A stretch of DNA of 63,801 nucleotides, counting the filler, from Chiloscyllium plagiosum (lineage: Eukaryota): the NCBI RefSeq assembly GCF_004010195.1. It is 7 parts of one record of this genome, joined end to end, with 100 filler letters (N's around TTAATTAATTAA, not from the genome) between each part and the next. Parts side by side here need not be neighbours in the genome. Positions count along the whole stretch, not along the records: positions 41,914 to 51,366 come from NC_057717.1; positions 51,467 to 56,450 come from NC_057717.1; positions 56,551 to 62,226 come from NC_057717.1; 4 more parts are not named here. One strand, 5' to 3'. A model generated the notes under the pieces. That model was not told where the DNA came from, ran no database searches, and saw only the letters and a program-made list of their open reading frames with translations. Position numbers and translations under genes: made by a program. This document shows positions 50,265 to 62,326 of this stretch, piece after piece. Numbering within the stretch: the first letter of the stretch is position 1; every line of letters starts with the position of its first letter.

Positions 50265-51290
50265 TTGGAGTGGGACTGGGCTATTACCCTCACCTCACCT
50301 CTGGAATTCAGCTGTTTGTCAGTTTGTGAATCAAGTCTGTAACAAGATCAGGAACTGAGTGGCCCTGGCAGAACCCAAACTAGGTGTCACAGAAGGTTAT
50401 TGCTGAGCAGTTGCATGACAGCACTGTTGATGACACCTTCCATCACTTCACTGCTGAGCGAGTGTCGACTGATGGAGGGAAATTGGCTGGGTTGGCTCTG
50501 TCCTGCATTTTTGTGTTGAACATCCCTGAGAAATGTTCCACAATGTCAGTAGATGCCGGTGCTGGTGCAGTACTTGTCTTGGTGGGCAGCAATTTCTGGA
50601 GCACAGCCAACAGTATTATTGCCACAATATTGGTAGGGCTGACAGCCTTTACGCTACTTCTTCATTTCTTGATCTGATTTGAAGTCAGTTTTCAACCAAG
50701 TTGATTCACGTCTGTGATGTCAGGGACCAATGTAGAAGGCTCATCCACTTGGCACTAATGGCTGAAGATTGCCTCAAATGCTGTTGCCTTGTCTGTTGCA
50801 TGGATGTGCGAGACCCCTCCATCAGTAAGGGTGGGGATATCTGTGATGCTTCCTGCAGTGAGTTGTTTAATTGCCCATCTCCATTCCTGACTAGGTGTGG
50901 CAGAACTGAAGAGCTCAGATCTGATCCATTGGTTATTGGATCACATAGTTCTATTTGGTGTTGCTTGCGCTGTTTGGCGTGCAGGTTGGGTAGCTTCACC
51001 AGGTTGGCACCACATTTTTAGGTATGCCTGGTATTGCTCCTGGCATTCCCTGCGGAACTCTTCATTGAACCAGGGTTGATCCCCTGGCTTGATGTTAATG
51101 GTTGAGTGGGGGATATACCAGGCCATGAGATTTCAGATTGGGCTGGAGTCCAGTTCTGCTGCTGTTTAGGCCCACAGTGAGATTGACGTTGCAGGGTCAA
51201 GAGGGCTGATTGTGTTGTTGTATTTTCCAGTGCATTGGTAGATATAATGTGGTCCATCCAGTTTCATTCCTTTGTTGAGACTGTGCAGTG
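50265..51290 (-). mobile_element. CR1/L2-group LINE fragment (same family as 5265-6750)
   Basis: IPHSTINIKPGDQPWFNEEFRRECQEQYQAYLKM; shared DNA with 6350-6700. Confidence 0.7.
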
Positions 51291-51466
51291 ATTAATACAA
51301 TGAGTGATTTGATGGGCCACTGTCAGGAATGCAACTTTTAAAAAGGGTTTTGTGATTTCCACATGANNNNNNNNNNNNNNNNNNNNNNNNNNNNNNNNNN
51401 NNNNNNNNNNTTAATTAATTAANNNNNNNNNNNNNNNNNNNNNNNNNNNNNNNNNNNNNNNNNNNN

Positions 51467-51860
51467 TATCAATTTCAATTTTTTTAGGGCCTGAACTCTC
51501 CCATGTCCTATTCCCCTATCGCACACGCCAGGCCTTGTTGTCACATAATCTTCGCTACTAGCAGTCACATATGGTTCGCTACTAGCAGTCTCCATTAACA
51601 ACTATTCACCCTGATAGCCAGATCATCATCCGTTCATTTGTCCAACTGTTCTTCTCTCTATTTGAACTCTATCCCTACCTAACATTAACTCCTTACCCTC
51701 CGCCAACCACCACTATATCTTCTGCAGATAGACCAACATTTTCCCAGCTGTCGTCAGTTCTGCAGAATGGTCACTGGACTCTAAATGTTAACTCTGATTT
51801 CTTTTTTCAGATCCTCCTAGACCTGCTGAGTTTTTCCAGCACCATCTGGTTTTGTTCTAG
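51467..51860 (+). mobile_element. Older PLE-type 3' end (fourth family) with decayed hammerhead
   Basis: agtt-ctgcaga-a-tggtc actg gactc-taaatgtt-aact (about 51756-51793) followed by agacctgctgagtttttccagc, similar to the family A tail. Confidence 0.5.
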
Positions 51861-52399
51861 TTAGAGTCGGATACTGTGAATGTTCGAGGAAGAATGACTG
51901 CACATGGCCTTGTAGAAGCTTGATACTGCGCTTGTGAAATGATCCCTTGCACAGAAGACAGAACTGTGTTCCTGTTGAAAAGTTCTCTTGTGGATAGTTC
52001 CCATTACAAGGTGAGCCATCGGCATCAACTACTTCGATCAATGAAGACAGTAATAATTTCTGCCGCAGTTCTATCCTGGATGTGATGAACAGCAGAGGGG
52101 AAAACATCCTTCATGTCAGATGTGAACGGATTGGAGTCCACGCAGGAGTGTAATCAAGTCCAATCAGATAGAGAACGCTCAAACGCTTTCTCACTGCAGC
52201 AATGTTCCATTGGGTATCAAAGCTACATGGTTTGTTGCCGCAAAGGCTAAACACAATGTTTTCCAGTTAAAATACGTGGATGTGTTCTCTCATGTGTGAC
52301 AGTACAGTTGTGTATAGTTGTAAACAGGATAACTGGATGAATCACTTTACACATTCAGCTGGCAAACAGTCTTTTTGTGGGAAGACATCTGTATAGAAT

Positions 52400-53038
52400 G
52401 CAGGAAGAGGCACTGAGAGGTTTTTGATCAGTTTCATATAGGGGCTGAGACAACACTGGAGGTTTTGAGAGTCTTGAACGTGGACAAATCCCCAGCTCAG
52501 AGTGAAGTTGTATCTCACGTTGCTCTGTGAGAAAAAGGAGCAATTTCAGGGGTTCTGACCAATGTTTCACATTCCTCTTTGGCCAAAGAGGAATTGGTCG
52601 AGGACTGCGGGTCTACTAATGGGGTTCCACTTTTTAACAAGGCAAATAGAAACAAACTAGGGAAATACAGCCAAGTGAGTCTCACAGGAGTGGTCGGGAA
52701 ACGTTTGGGGAAACCTCTGAAGGAGAGAATTAATTGCAACTTGTCCAGGCAAGGTTTGATCAAGGAGTCAGCATGGTTTTGTCAGAGGAGGTGATGCCTA
52801 ACACATCTGTGGCCACAGACAAAATAAGTGTCATTGTATGTTCTTAGGTTGTGGGTTTGTGTTCCTGTCTAAATATTATTGAAAATGGAATTGTCGGCAG
52901 ACAAGTTGTGGTCAAGTAAATGTTTTGAGGAAGTGATCAGAGGGGTGTGAAAATAATGTAGTGTATGTGGGTTTCACTGAGATCCCACACAGGAGACTGA
53001 TACCACGGTAAAAACATAAGCAATTCACGATCACGTGG
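52400..53038 (+). mobile_element. CR1 RT fragment (host of the ERV LTR end and of an env-derived patch)
   Basis: VPLFNKANRNKLGKYSQVSLTGVVGK; cagcatggttttgtc..ttttgaggaagtga. Confidence 0.65.
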
Positions 53039-53778
53039 TGTCAGAGAAATTCAGCTCAATGGATCAGAGACCAGATACAATTAAACAAATTGACATCGCG
53101 GAAAAGACATTGACCAGGCTGACAAAGAACTGATTCTCCGCACAGATGGCCAGAATGTTCTCCACCAAACAGAGGGTGCAGGCAGGTTTCATAGGGGTAC
53201 AAAACAAAGGTGATAAATGTACAGCAGTAACAGTACAGTGGTGAAAATTGTAAAGCGATTAAAACAAGAATAAACTGAATGGAATTTAATCAAGCGTCTG
53301 GCAGTAACAATTCAATTGTAATTGACACTGGAGATTCCAGCCATCTCCTTGAATAGGTGAGAATGGCTTCTCGGGGATTCATAACTGTATTTCCTATCTG
53401 CACGAGTATGTGTCAGTGTTCCTTCTGCTGGCATTCAGTTTGTCCATTGTGTTCCTTCTGGGAGCAAAGTCTTCCACGGTCTCTCAGTCTGCCTCTTTGT
53501 TTATGCGCCATCGGTTTATATGGGAAACAAGCTTGTGCTCAGGGTATTTGGACTGAAGAGATGATCGAGGCTAGGAGCTTACTGAGAAGTGTCTTATTTG
53601 GTTTGGGAGTAGCTTAGAATATCTGGATTCTATATTCGCCTGTTTGGCCAAAACTGAGGCATTGTGGGTGTGTTCTATGTGTGTTAGCAGGCATGCTTTC
53701 TGTGTTTCGTAGACATGCTTCTGTGTTTTTTTATGTGTTTATGCTGTGGGTGGACAGTGTAGCAGATTTTCTCCCACA
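53039..53778 (-). mobile_element. ERV 3' LTR (~740 bp)
   Basis: Minus strand starts TGTGGGAGAAAAT right after a purine tract (AAAAAAAAAGAG) that follows the env stop; ends ATTTCTCTGACA (imperfect terminal inverted repeat TG...CA). Confidence 0.65.
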
Positions 53779-53795
53779 GTTACTCTTTTTTTTTG

Positions 53796-55411
53796 TTAAG
53801 GGCATTTTGAAAAAAGTGCGATGTAGCCCAGACCAAGTAGGCTATCAGATGGTGGGATTTCGGTGTCAGACAGGTAGTAGTCAGTGTCTGAATCTGACCA
53901 AGTGTAATTTGTGTCAGGGGAGGGGATCAACACTCCAGCGAACTTGTACAAGCTGGTTTGTGAGGAGAGCAGGGATAAAAGTGCTGTACAAAACCGGCAG
54001 CAGCACATACGGAGGCCCATGACCAGGATAATGATACCCACCACCGCAATACGGGATATTAGTTCCTCCAGCAGTTCAGTGCCCCGTGAGCCAAGCCAGG
54101 CGGTTGCCCAGGTCCACAGATCCCCGTGGGACTCCGGTTCATTTGGGGCAGCAGCAGCCTGTGGAAAGTGGTGTGTCATGTCCGTTATATTTTCGTTGGG
54201 GTCAGGGATGTCGGTACAGCAGTCTGTGCCAATGAACGTGCAAGTGCCCCAGTTTTGGCCAGCCAGTTGTCCAGGGCCATTCTGTTTTGTAGGGTGAGAG
54301 TACGAATGGCGACAACCTCTGCATTCAGCTGGGCAAGTACTTCAGCCGTGGCATGTTATCTCCTCGAGCGTGGTGGCCAGTTGATATGCATCTATGCCGA
54401 GGTACAGGGTTTCGTAAGTGGACACGAAAACGGGGGTGGGGAGTATATCGTTTAGGGCAGTGAGGGCGCGTTTTCTGTGGGGAAAAAAAACTTCTGGAAG
54501 GGAGACGAATGGGACTGGAAAATGAGTGGTACAACACACCACGAGTCAGCCCATCACAACGCCAGCCAGGGTATGCCTTGTGGCCGCAGACAAAGTAAGT
54601 GTTATTGTATATTCTTACGTGGTGGGTTTTGGTTCCTGTCTAAATATTATTGAAAATGGAATTGTGGGCAGACATGTTGTGGCCAAGTAAATCTAGGATG
54701 CTGAACTCTGCTCCAGACCAGAACGCTGCAGGTATCAATAGCAGTGAGTTAGTGCATCACCTCCACCCAGCCACCCATGCGGATGGCTGGCTTCTCGTTA
54801 GGCAGATGGTCCTCTGCGTGACACTCGTGCGGTGGTGTCAGTGATGGTAAACGTTGGGTGTTCATGTGAGAGGTTCTGGGGTGCGTATGACCATCCTGTG
54901 AATTTGTCGAGGTCGTATCCTGCGGATTTCCAGCAGTCTGAGCTCTTGGCCACATGAATGGCCGGTCAGGTTAGCAGACTGAGCATTGTGTACCCGAGGA
55001 CCTGTCCAGTTTCAGCCACAATTCTGCCATCCCTGCGATGTTAAAAGGGACTGCGCCGTGGGGAATGTGCCGGTGGGAATGTTCAGGTACATGGGCACAG
55101 ACCCAGCAGCTGGTCTCGTTTACCCTCTGGGCATACATGTGGGTCATGTCAAGGAAAATGTTTACCCACGGCTCAAGGTGGAGTAAGTGCCCTGTTCTAT
55201 GTGCCCTGTTAATGATCAGTGGAGAAGTGCAGGTCAGAACAAAAGTGATGATCCCGATGGCTGCAGGGAGCAGCTGGATCCCTCTGTGGTGTCTGGAGCT
55301 GTATCCTGTTCTGCTTGGTTGTCCATCTGTGGAGGCGGAGCCCTCTTTCACCGGGTCACATTCTGGTCTCCCTTGGAGCGGGACAGCTGTCATTGCCGTG
55401 AGACAGACCAA
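53796..55411 (-). pseudogene. env: Endogenous retrovirus env (gamma-type), frameshifted
   Basis: Signal peptide-like LLPAAIGIITFVL; SU CXXC NETSCWVC; furin-like HRKR|ALT; ISD LQNRMALDNWLA (54257-54292); CX6CC CTFIGTDCC; TM IAVVGIIILVMGL; split across frames. Confidence 0.9.
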
Positions 55412-55419
55412 GAGTGGTC

Positions 55420-56450
55420 CTTTCCATCCAGGGGAGAGAGAATCTTTCGGCAGGGACTGTCACGTTACATAGTGCCCAATTTAAACGGGTGAAGTGGTTC
55501 CTGCAGCGGTGTGGACACCGCAGCTTTTTATTTGTTTTTTTTTGGTTTACCCCCACACTATCGCCTAACTATGGTAGTGCTTATTTTTTTCCCCAGTTGT
55601 GTGTGTACACGTTTGAGCACAGTGAAGGACACAAGATGCGCAAATCTTTATTCAGTTTCCATCAGCAGGAAAAAAAGAAACACACAAGTGGCCAGTATAT
55701 CGCAGCTTTTAACAAATCATGGTTTAAAGTGATCCTTCTACTAAGGGCTTGAACGTAATCCAAGAGCGTTTCCTGTGTTAAGAGCAGCGCTGTGTCATTG
55801 GCTGGTTTTGGGGGTCCGGCAGCTGTGGGAATTCGTCGTTCCATTAGCACTTCAAAGGGTGTGATTTCTGTTATTCGGTTTCCCTGTCCTCTTACTGTGT
55901 AAAACACCAGTGGCTGGCCATCTGGCCAAGCCAGTCCTGTGTCCTGAGTGATTTTGGGGAGTGTGGTTTTGAGGGTGCCGTTCATTCTCTCCACCAATCC
56001 TGATGACTGGGGGGTGGTACAAAATGTGGTATCTCTAGCATATCCCGAGGGTGGAACAGTCAGCAGTAATGAAATTTGTGGTGAAATGGGCCCCATCCCC
56101 CGTATGTTTCTAAGCGCCCTGGGATATAAAACTCTTGTAATAACGTCCTGCAGGATACATTTTACCACTGCTCGGGTGGCATTTTTTTGTTGATGGGTAA
56201 TGACTCTACCCATTTTGAAAACATGTCGACAATAACCAGGGCATATTTTTATTCCTCTTTCTGAGGCAAATGGGCAAGGTCAGTTAGAAGGTGCGTGAAT
56301 GGACTCTCAGGAACTGGTATGTAGTCATGTTTGTCCATCGGCTTCCCTGCATTTTACAGTAGACAGATGAGGCACTGTGACAGCAGGGCTTGGGCAGCTG
56401 CAGCGAATCCCGCTGCATACCAGGAATGGCTGGCAGCATCTTGCCTGTGT
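55420..56450 (-). pseudogene. pol: Endogenous retrovirus pol, integrase domain (class I, gamma/epsilon-like)
   Basis: PQSSGLVERMNGTLKTTL..TGLAWPD..ITPFEVLM; upstream LVIVDMFSK motif; truncated by gap at 56451. Confidence 0.85.
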
Positions 56451-56550
56451 NNNNNNNNNNNNNNNNNNNNNNNNNNNNNNNNNNNNNNNNNNNNTTAATT
56501 AATTAANNNNNNNNNNNNNNNNNNNNNNNNNNNNNNNNNNNNNNNNNNNN

Positions 56551-59500
56551 CTAATGTCTCCGACAGTAACTCACACTGAGAAGGGCACTCTGTCAATGCA
56601 ATTCATGCAGGGAAGAGCAGACTATATCCACTCTGCAAATAAAACTCGGCCAGGCATGAGCAGACTGATCCCACTATTTTAGTGCAACTCACGCAAGGAA
56701 ATGCAGTCTGACACATCCTGTCAATATCACTCACACAGGAAAGAGCAGACTGACACCACTCTATCAATATAATTCACCCAGGTTAGAGCAGACTGACACC
56801 AAGCAGTCAATGAAACTCGCCCAGAGGAGCGCCAGCTGACCCCACTCTGTCAATATAGCTCACCGAAGGATGAGCAGATTGACTCAACGAGATTAATATC
56901 ACTCCACCAGGGAAGAGCAGAGTGACTCAATTCTGTCAACGTAATTTGCCGAGGGAAGAGCAGGCTGTCCTCACGATGTCAAAGTAACTCAACCAGGGAA
57001 GTGCAGACCGGACCTGATCTATGAATGTAACTTAGCCAGGAACAGCCGACTGATCCCACTCTGCCAATGCAAATGACACAGGGAAGGACAGACAGATCTC
57101 ACTTTACAATTGTAACTCACCTATGGAAAAGCAGACTGTGCACATACTGTGTATGTAACTCAGTCAGGGCACAGCCGTCTGACACCACACAGTCAATCTA
57201 ATTCTATGACGAAAGAGCAGGCGTACACGACTCTGACAATGAAACTCACCCAAGCGAAGAGCAGACTAACCCACTATCAATGTAATTCGCCCAGAGGGGA
57301 GCAGATTGACCATAATCTGAAAACGTCCCTCACCCAGAGAATAGGAAATTGACCACACTCTGTCAAGGTTACTCGACCGAGGAGAGAGCAGACTGACGCA
57401 AATCTCTTAAAGTAACTCACCCAGGGAACAGCAGGCTGACGCAAGTCTGTCAGTGCAACCAATCCATGGAATGACAAAATTACCCAACTCTGTCTATGTA
57501 ACACAACCAGGTAAGGGCAGACTGACGCTACAAACGAATGCAACTCACCCAGGGGAGAGGGGACTGACCCAAGTCTTTCAATGTAACTCACCCAGAGAAC
57601 AGCAGACTTTTGCCATACTGTCAATCTAACTGTCCCAGTTAAGATCAGTCTGACACTACTCTGTCAATGTAAATCACCCAGAGAAGGACACACTGCCACC
57701 ACATGTCAAGTAACTCACGCAGGAAAGAACAACCTGAACGTCGCCTAACAACATAACTCACGAAGAGAAGAACACAATGGCCCACGCTGTCAGTGCAACT
57801 CACTCAGGGAAGAGTAGGCTGCAACCAGTATGTCAATGCAACTCAAAGAGGAAACTGCAGACTGACCGCACTCTGTCAATTCAACTCAACCATGGAAGAG
57901 CAGACTGAAACCACAGTGTCAATGTAGATCACCCAGTGAAGAGCATACTGACCCCACTCTGTCAATTTAACTCACCCAGGCAAGAGTAGACTGACCCCAC
58001 TTTGTCAATGTTTCACACAAAGGGATGATCAGGCAGAGTCGACTCTGTCAATCTTACACACGCAGGGAAGAGCAGACTGACACGACTGTGTCAATGTAAC
58101 TCGCTCAGGAAAGAGCAGACTGACGCCTCTATCTGAATATCACAAACCGAGTGAAGAGAGGACTGATCCAACTCTGTCAATATATATCATCCAGCAAAGA
58201 GCAGACTGACGCTAATTGTCAAGATAACTCATACAGTTAAGAGCAAACTGACACCACTCTGTCATTGCAACTTACCCAGGAAAGAGCAGACTGGAGCAAA
58301 CCTGTCAAAGTCACCCATCCCGGGAAGAGCAGGCTGACGCAACTCTGTCGGTGCAATCCATCCAGGGATGAATAGACTGACCCCACTTCGTCAATGTTAC
58401 ACACCCAGGGAAGAGCAAACAGTGCCTTCTCTGTCAATGTTACACAAGCAGGGAAGAGCAGAGGACACGACTCCGTCAATGCATCGCACCCAAGGAAGAG
58501 AGGACTGACCCATGTCTGTTTATGTAACTCACCCAGAGAAGAGCAGACTGTTGCCACACTGTCAATGTAAACGTCCCAGTTAAGAGCAATCTGAGCCTAC
58601 TCTGTCAATTTAACTCACCCAGAGAAGGACACACTGCCGCCACTCTGTCAAGTAACTCTTCAAGGAACGAACAGCCTGAGCTCAGTCTATCAACATAACT
58701 CACCGATTTAAGAACACACTGACCCACTCTGTCAGTGTAACTCACCGAGGGAGGAGGAGACTGAAACCAGTCTGTTAATGTAACTCAACGAGGAAACTGC
58801 AGACTGAACCCACTCTGTCAATGTAACTCACCCAGGGATGAATAGACTGACCCCACTTCGTCAATGTTACACACCCAGGGAAGAGCAGACAGTGCCTACT
58901 CTGTCAATGTTACACACGCAGGTACGAGCTGACTGACACGACTGTGTCAATGTAACTCGCCCAGGAAAGAGAAGACTGACGCCTCTATCTCAATGTCACA
59001 GACCCAGTGAAGAGAGGATTGACACCACACTGTCAATATAATTCATCCAGGAAAGAGCAGACTCACGCTAAACTCTCAATATAACTCACACAATTAAGAG
59101 AAGACAGACACCATTCTGTCAATGTTACTTACCAAGGATTTAGCAGAGCTACGCCGATCTGACAAAGTAACTCAACCAGGGAAGAGCAGGCTGATGCAAC
59201 TCTGCCAGTGCAACCCATCGAGGGATTGGCAAAGTGACGAAACTCTGTCAAAGTAACACAACTAGGGAAGTGCAGACTGACTCCACTCCGACAATGCAAC
59301 TCACCCAGGGACGAGGGGACTGACCCACGTCTGTCAGTTACTCACCCAGAGAAGAGCAGACTGTTGCCACACTGTCAATGTAACCGTTCCAGTTAAGAAC
59401 AATCAGAAACTACTCTGTCAATTTAACTCACCCAGAGAAGGACGCACTGCCATCACTCTGTCAAGTAACTCTTCCAGGAAACAACAGCCTGAGCTCGGAC

Positions 59501-60023
59501 TATCAATATAACTCACTGATTTGAGAACACACTGACCCACTCTGTCAGTGCAACTCACCAAGGGAGGAGGATACTGAAACCAGTCTGTCAATGTAACTCA
59601 AGGAGAAACTGCAGACTGACCGCAATCTGTCAATGTAACTCACCCAGGGAAGAGCAGACTGACCCAACTCTGTCAATGTAACTCACCCAGGGAAGAGTCG
59701 ACTGACCCCACTTCGTCAATGTTACACACCCAGGGAAGAGCAGGCTGACACAACTCTGCCAGTGCAACCCATCCAGGGATTGGGAAAGGGACCAAACTCT
59801 GTCAATGTAACACAACTAGGGAAGTGCAGACTGACGCCACTCCGAAAATGCAACCCCACCCAGCGACGAGGGGACTGAGACAAATCTATCAATGTAACTC
59901 ACCCAGAGAAGAGCAGACTGTTGCCACTCTGTCAGTGTAACTGTCCCAGTTAAGAGCAGTCTGACACTACTTTGTCCATGCAACTCACCGAGCGAAGGAC
60001 ACACAGCCACCACTCTGTCAAGT
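56551..60023 (+). repeat. 43-bp satellite with higher-order structure
   Basis: Consensus cacccagggaagagcagactgaccccactctgtcaatgtaact; period 43 (e.g. 59641 to 59684). Confidence 0.95.
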
Positions 60024-60524
60024 NNNNNNNNNNNNNNNNNNNNNNNNNNNNNNNNNNNNNNNNNNNNNNNNNNNNNNNNNNNNNNNNNNNNNNNNNNNNN
60101 NNNNNNNNNNNNNNNNNNNNNNNNNNNNNNNNNNNNNNNNNNNNNNNNNNNNNNNNNNNNNNNNNNNNNNNNNNNNNNNNNNNNNNNNNNNNNNNNNNNN
60201 NNNNNNNNNNNNNNNNNNNNNNNNNNNNNNNNNNNNNNNNNNNNNNNNNNNNNNNNNNNNNNNNNNNNNNNNNNNNNNNNNNNNNNNNNNNNNNNNNNNN
60301 NNNNNNNNNNNNNNNNNNNNNNNNNNNNNNNNNNNNNNNNNNNNNNNNNNNNNNNNNNNNNNNNNNNNNNNNNNNNNNNNNNNNNNNNNNNNNNNNNNNN
60401 NNNNNNNNNNNNNNNNNNNNNNNNNNNNNNNNNNNNNNNNNNNNNNNNNNNNNNNNNNNNNNNNNNNNNNNNNNNNNNNNNNNNNNNNNNNNNNNNNNNN
60501 NNNNNNNNNNNNNNNNNNNNNNNA

Positions 60525-60785
60525 CGGCAGATTTTGGAACGTGAATTCAATAAATATCTGGAAAAAATAATCTAGCGACGACAAGGAATCCATTGTCAAT
60601 TGTTGGGAAAACCAATGTGGTTCGCTCACGACCTTTAGGGAAGGAAAATGCCATCCTTACCTGGTCTGGTCTGCATGGGACTCCAGACCTATAGCAATGT
60701 GGTTGACTCATAACTGCCCTCTGGGTAAACGCAGCAATTAATGCTGGCCGAGCCAGTGACAGCCTCATCCTGTGAATGAACAAAG
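60525..60785 (+). mobile_element. SINE body and tail (tail resembles the 3' end of the LINE at 5265)
   Basis: ctttagggaaggaaaatgccatccttacctggtctgg..gcaatgtggttgactc..aatgctggcc..tgaatgaacaaa. Confidence 0.6.
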
Positions 60786-60809
60786 AAAACAGGTCAGGTT
60801 TTGTTCCTT

Positions 60810-62226
60810 CTCTAGTCGGTACATCCTACAAACTGAATCTGAAATGTTCTCGTACACACTGAACAAATGCCTTTCCATCCAAGCCCTCAACACTACAGCA
60901 CTCCGAGGCCATGTTGGTAAAGTTAAAACCCCTTATGATTGCATCCATATTATTCTCACAGATAACTGAGGTCTCCTGGTAAAATTGTGTCTCAATTCCC
61001 CGCCGACTATTGAGAGAGAGTCTATAATACAATCCCATTAAGATGGTCATCCCTTTCTTATTTCTCAGTACCAACCAATAAATTGCCTGGATGTACTCCC
61101 AGGAACATCCTCCCGAAGCCCAGCCATAATGTTATCCCTAATCAAAAACATCTCTCTGTTGGCACCTTTCTATCCTTGCTGTAGCATCTATACCCTGGAA
61201 CATTAAGCTGCTAGTCCGATCCATCCCTGAGTAATTGCTATAATAGCCCAGTGCCATGTTCAAAACCATACCCTGAGACCACCTGCCTGACCTGTCAGGT
61301 ATCTTGCACTGAAATAAATGCAGTGCAACTGGTCCGTCGCACCTCATTCTGTGGCTTGCTCTTGCCTGCCTTGACAGTCTGATTGGTGAACAGTACCAGC
61401 CTCAGGCCCACCTCTTTTCTCACTATCTCTTTGGGATTACCCCGACTCCCTCACAGGTTTAATGCCTCCCGAGTGGCACTAGCAAATCTCCCTACTCGTC
61501 AGGACCCCATACTTTCCCCTTCCTATGCCATTGGTACCAATATACAATGTCCTCCCACTGGTTATTTTCCCTTTTGAGAATATTCTTCTCCCTCTGTGAG
61601 ACATCCTTGACACTGGCACCAGGGCAGCACCACCCCATTCTGATGTCTCACTGTCAGCTGCAGAAATGGCAGACTGTGCCCCTGACTAGAGAGTCCCCTA
61701 TCACCATCGATCGTGTCGAACTGGATATTCCTCACATTCCTCTCAGTACCAGTAACTTGGCTGTCAGTGCTACATTCCCCTGAGAGTCTATTACCAACTA
61801 TATTTTCCAAAACAGTATACTTGTCTGAGATGGGAATAGCCACAGGAGACTCCTGCAGTACCGACCTACCCCTCCGAGCTTTCCTGGAGGTAACCCATCT
61901 ACCTGACTGTATCTGCAGTATCCTGCATTCCTGAGACTGCCCCTACCACACCACCCGGCTCCTGTCAATTCCTCACTGCCTTTAATCACTCCTCCACCAA
62001 TCCATGCGTTCCAATAGGATTTGCAATCACATTTGCTGCAGACATAATGATCAGGATGATTGGAACTCTCCCTAATCTCCCACATCCGACAGGAACAGCA
62101 CGCCACTCTACAACAGGCCATCTCTCCGCCTTAACAATCTACAGACCAAGACAAAGGCAGAGTCTTCCTGCTCGATAATAATTTAATGCTGACGTTTCAT
62201 ATCTTAAACATTTAATCAAGAGACCG
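60810..62226 (-). mobile_element. CR1 LINE 5' portion (ORF1 zinc finger/esterase and EN)
   Basis: CCSCRMWEIRESSNHPDHYVCSKC (ORF1 Zn finger), IPISDKYTVL, TILMGLYYR (EN). Confidence 0.75.
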
Positions 62227-62326
62227 NNNNNNNNNNNNNNNNNNNNNNNNNNNNNNNNNNNNNNNNNNNNTTAATTAATTAANNNNNNNNNNNNNNNNNN
62301 NNNNNNNNNNNNNNNNNNNNNNNNNN

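Noticed and set aside
53796..55411. Domesticated syncytin-like env
   Set aside because: Multiple frameshifts (e.g. between the ISD and CX6CC); not an intact ORF
56551..60023. CRISPR-like appearance of the 43-bp array with a dyad
   Set aside because: Contiguous monomers without unique spacers, no cas genes, vertebrate context
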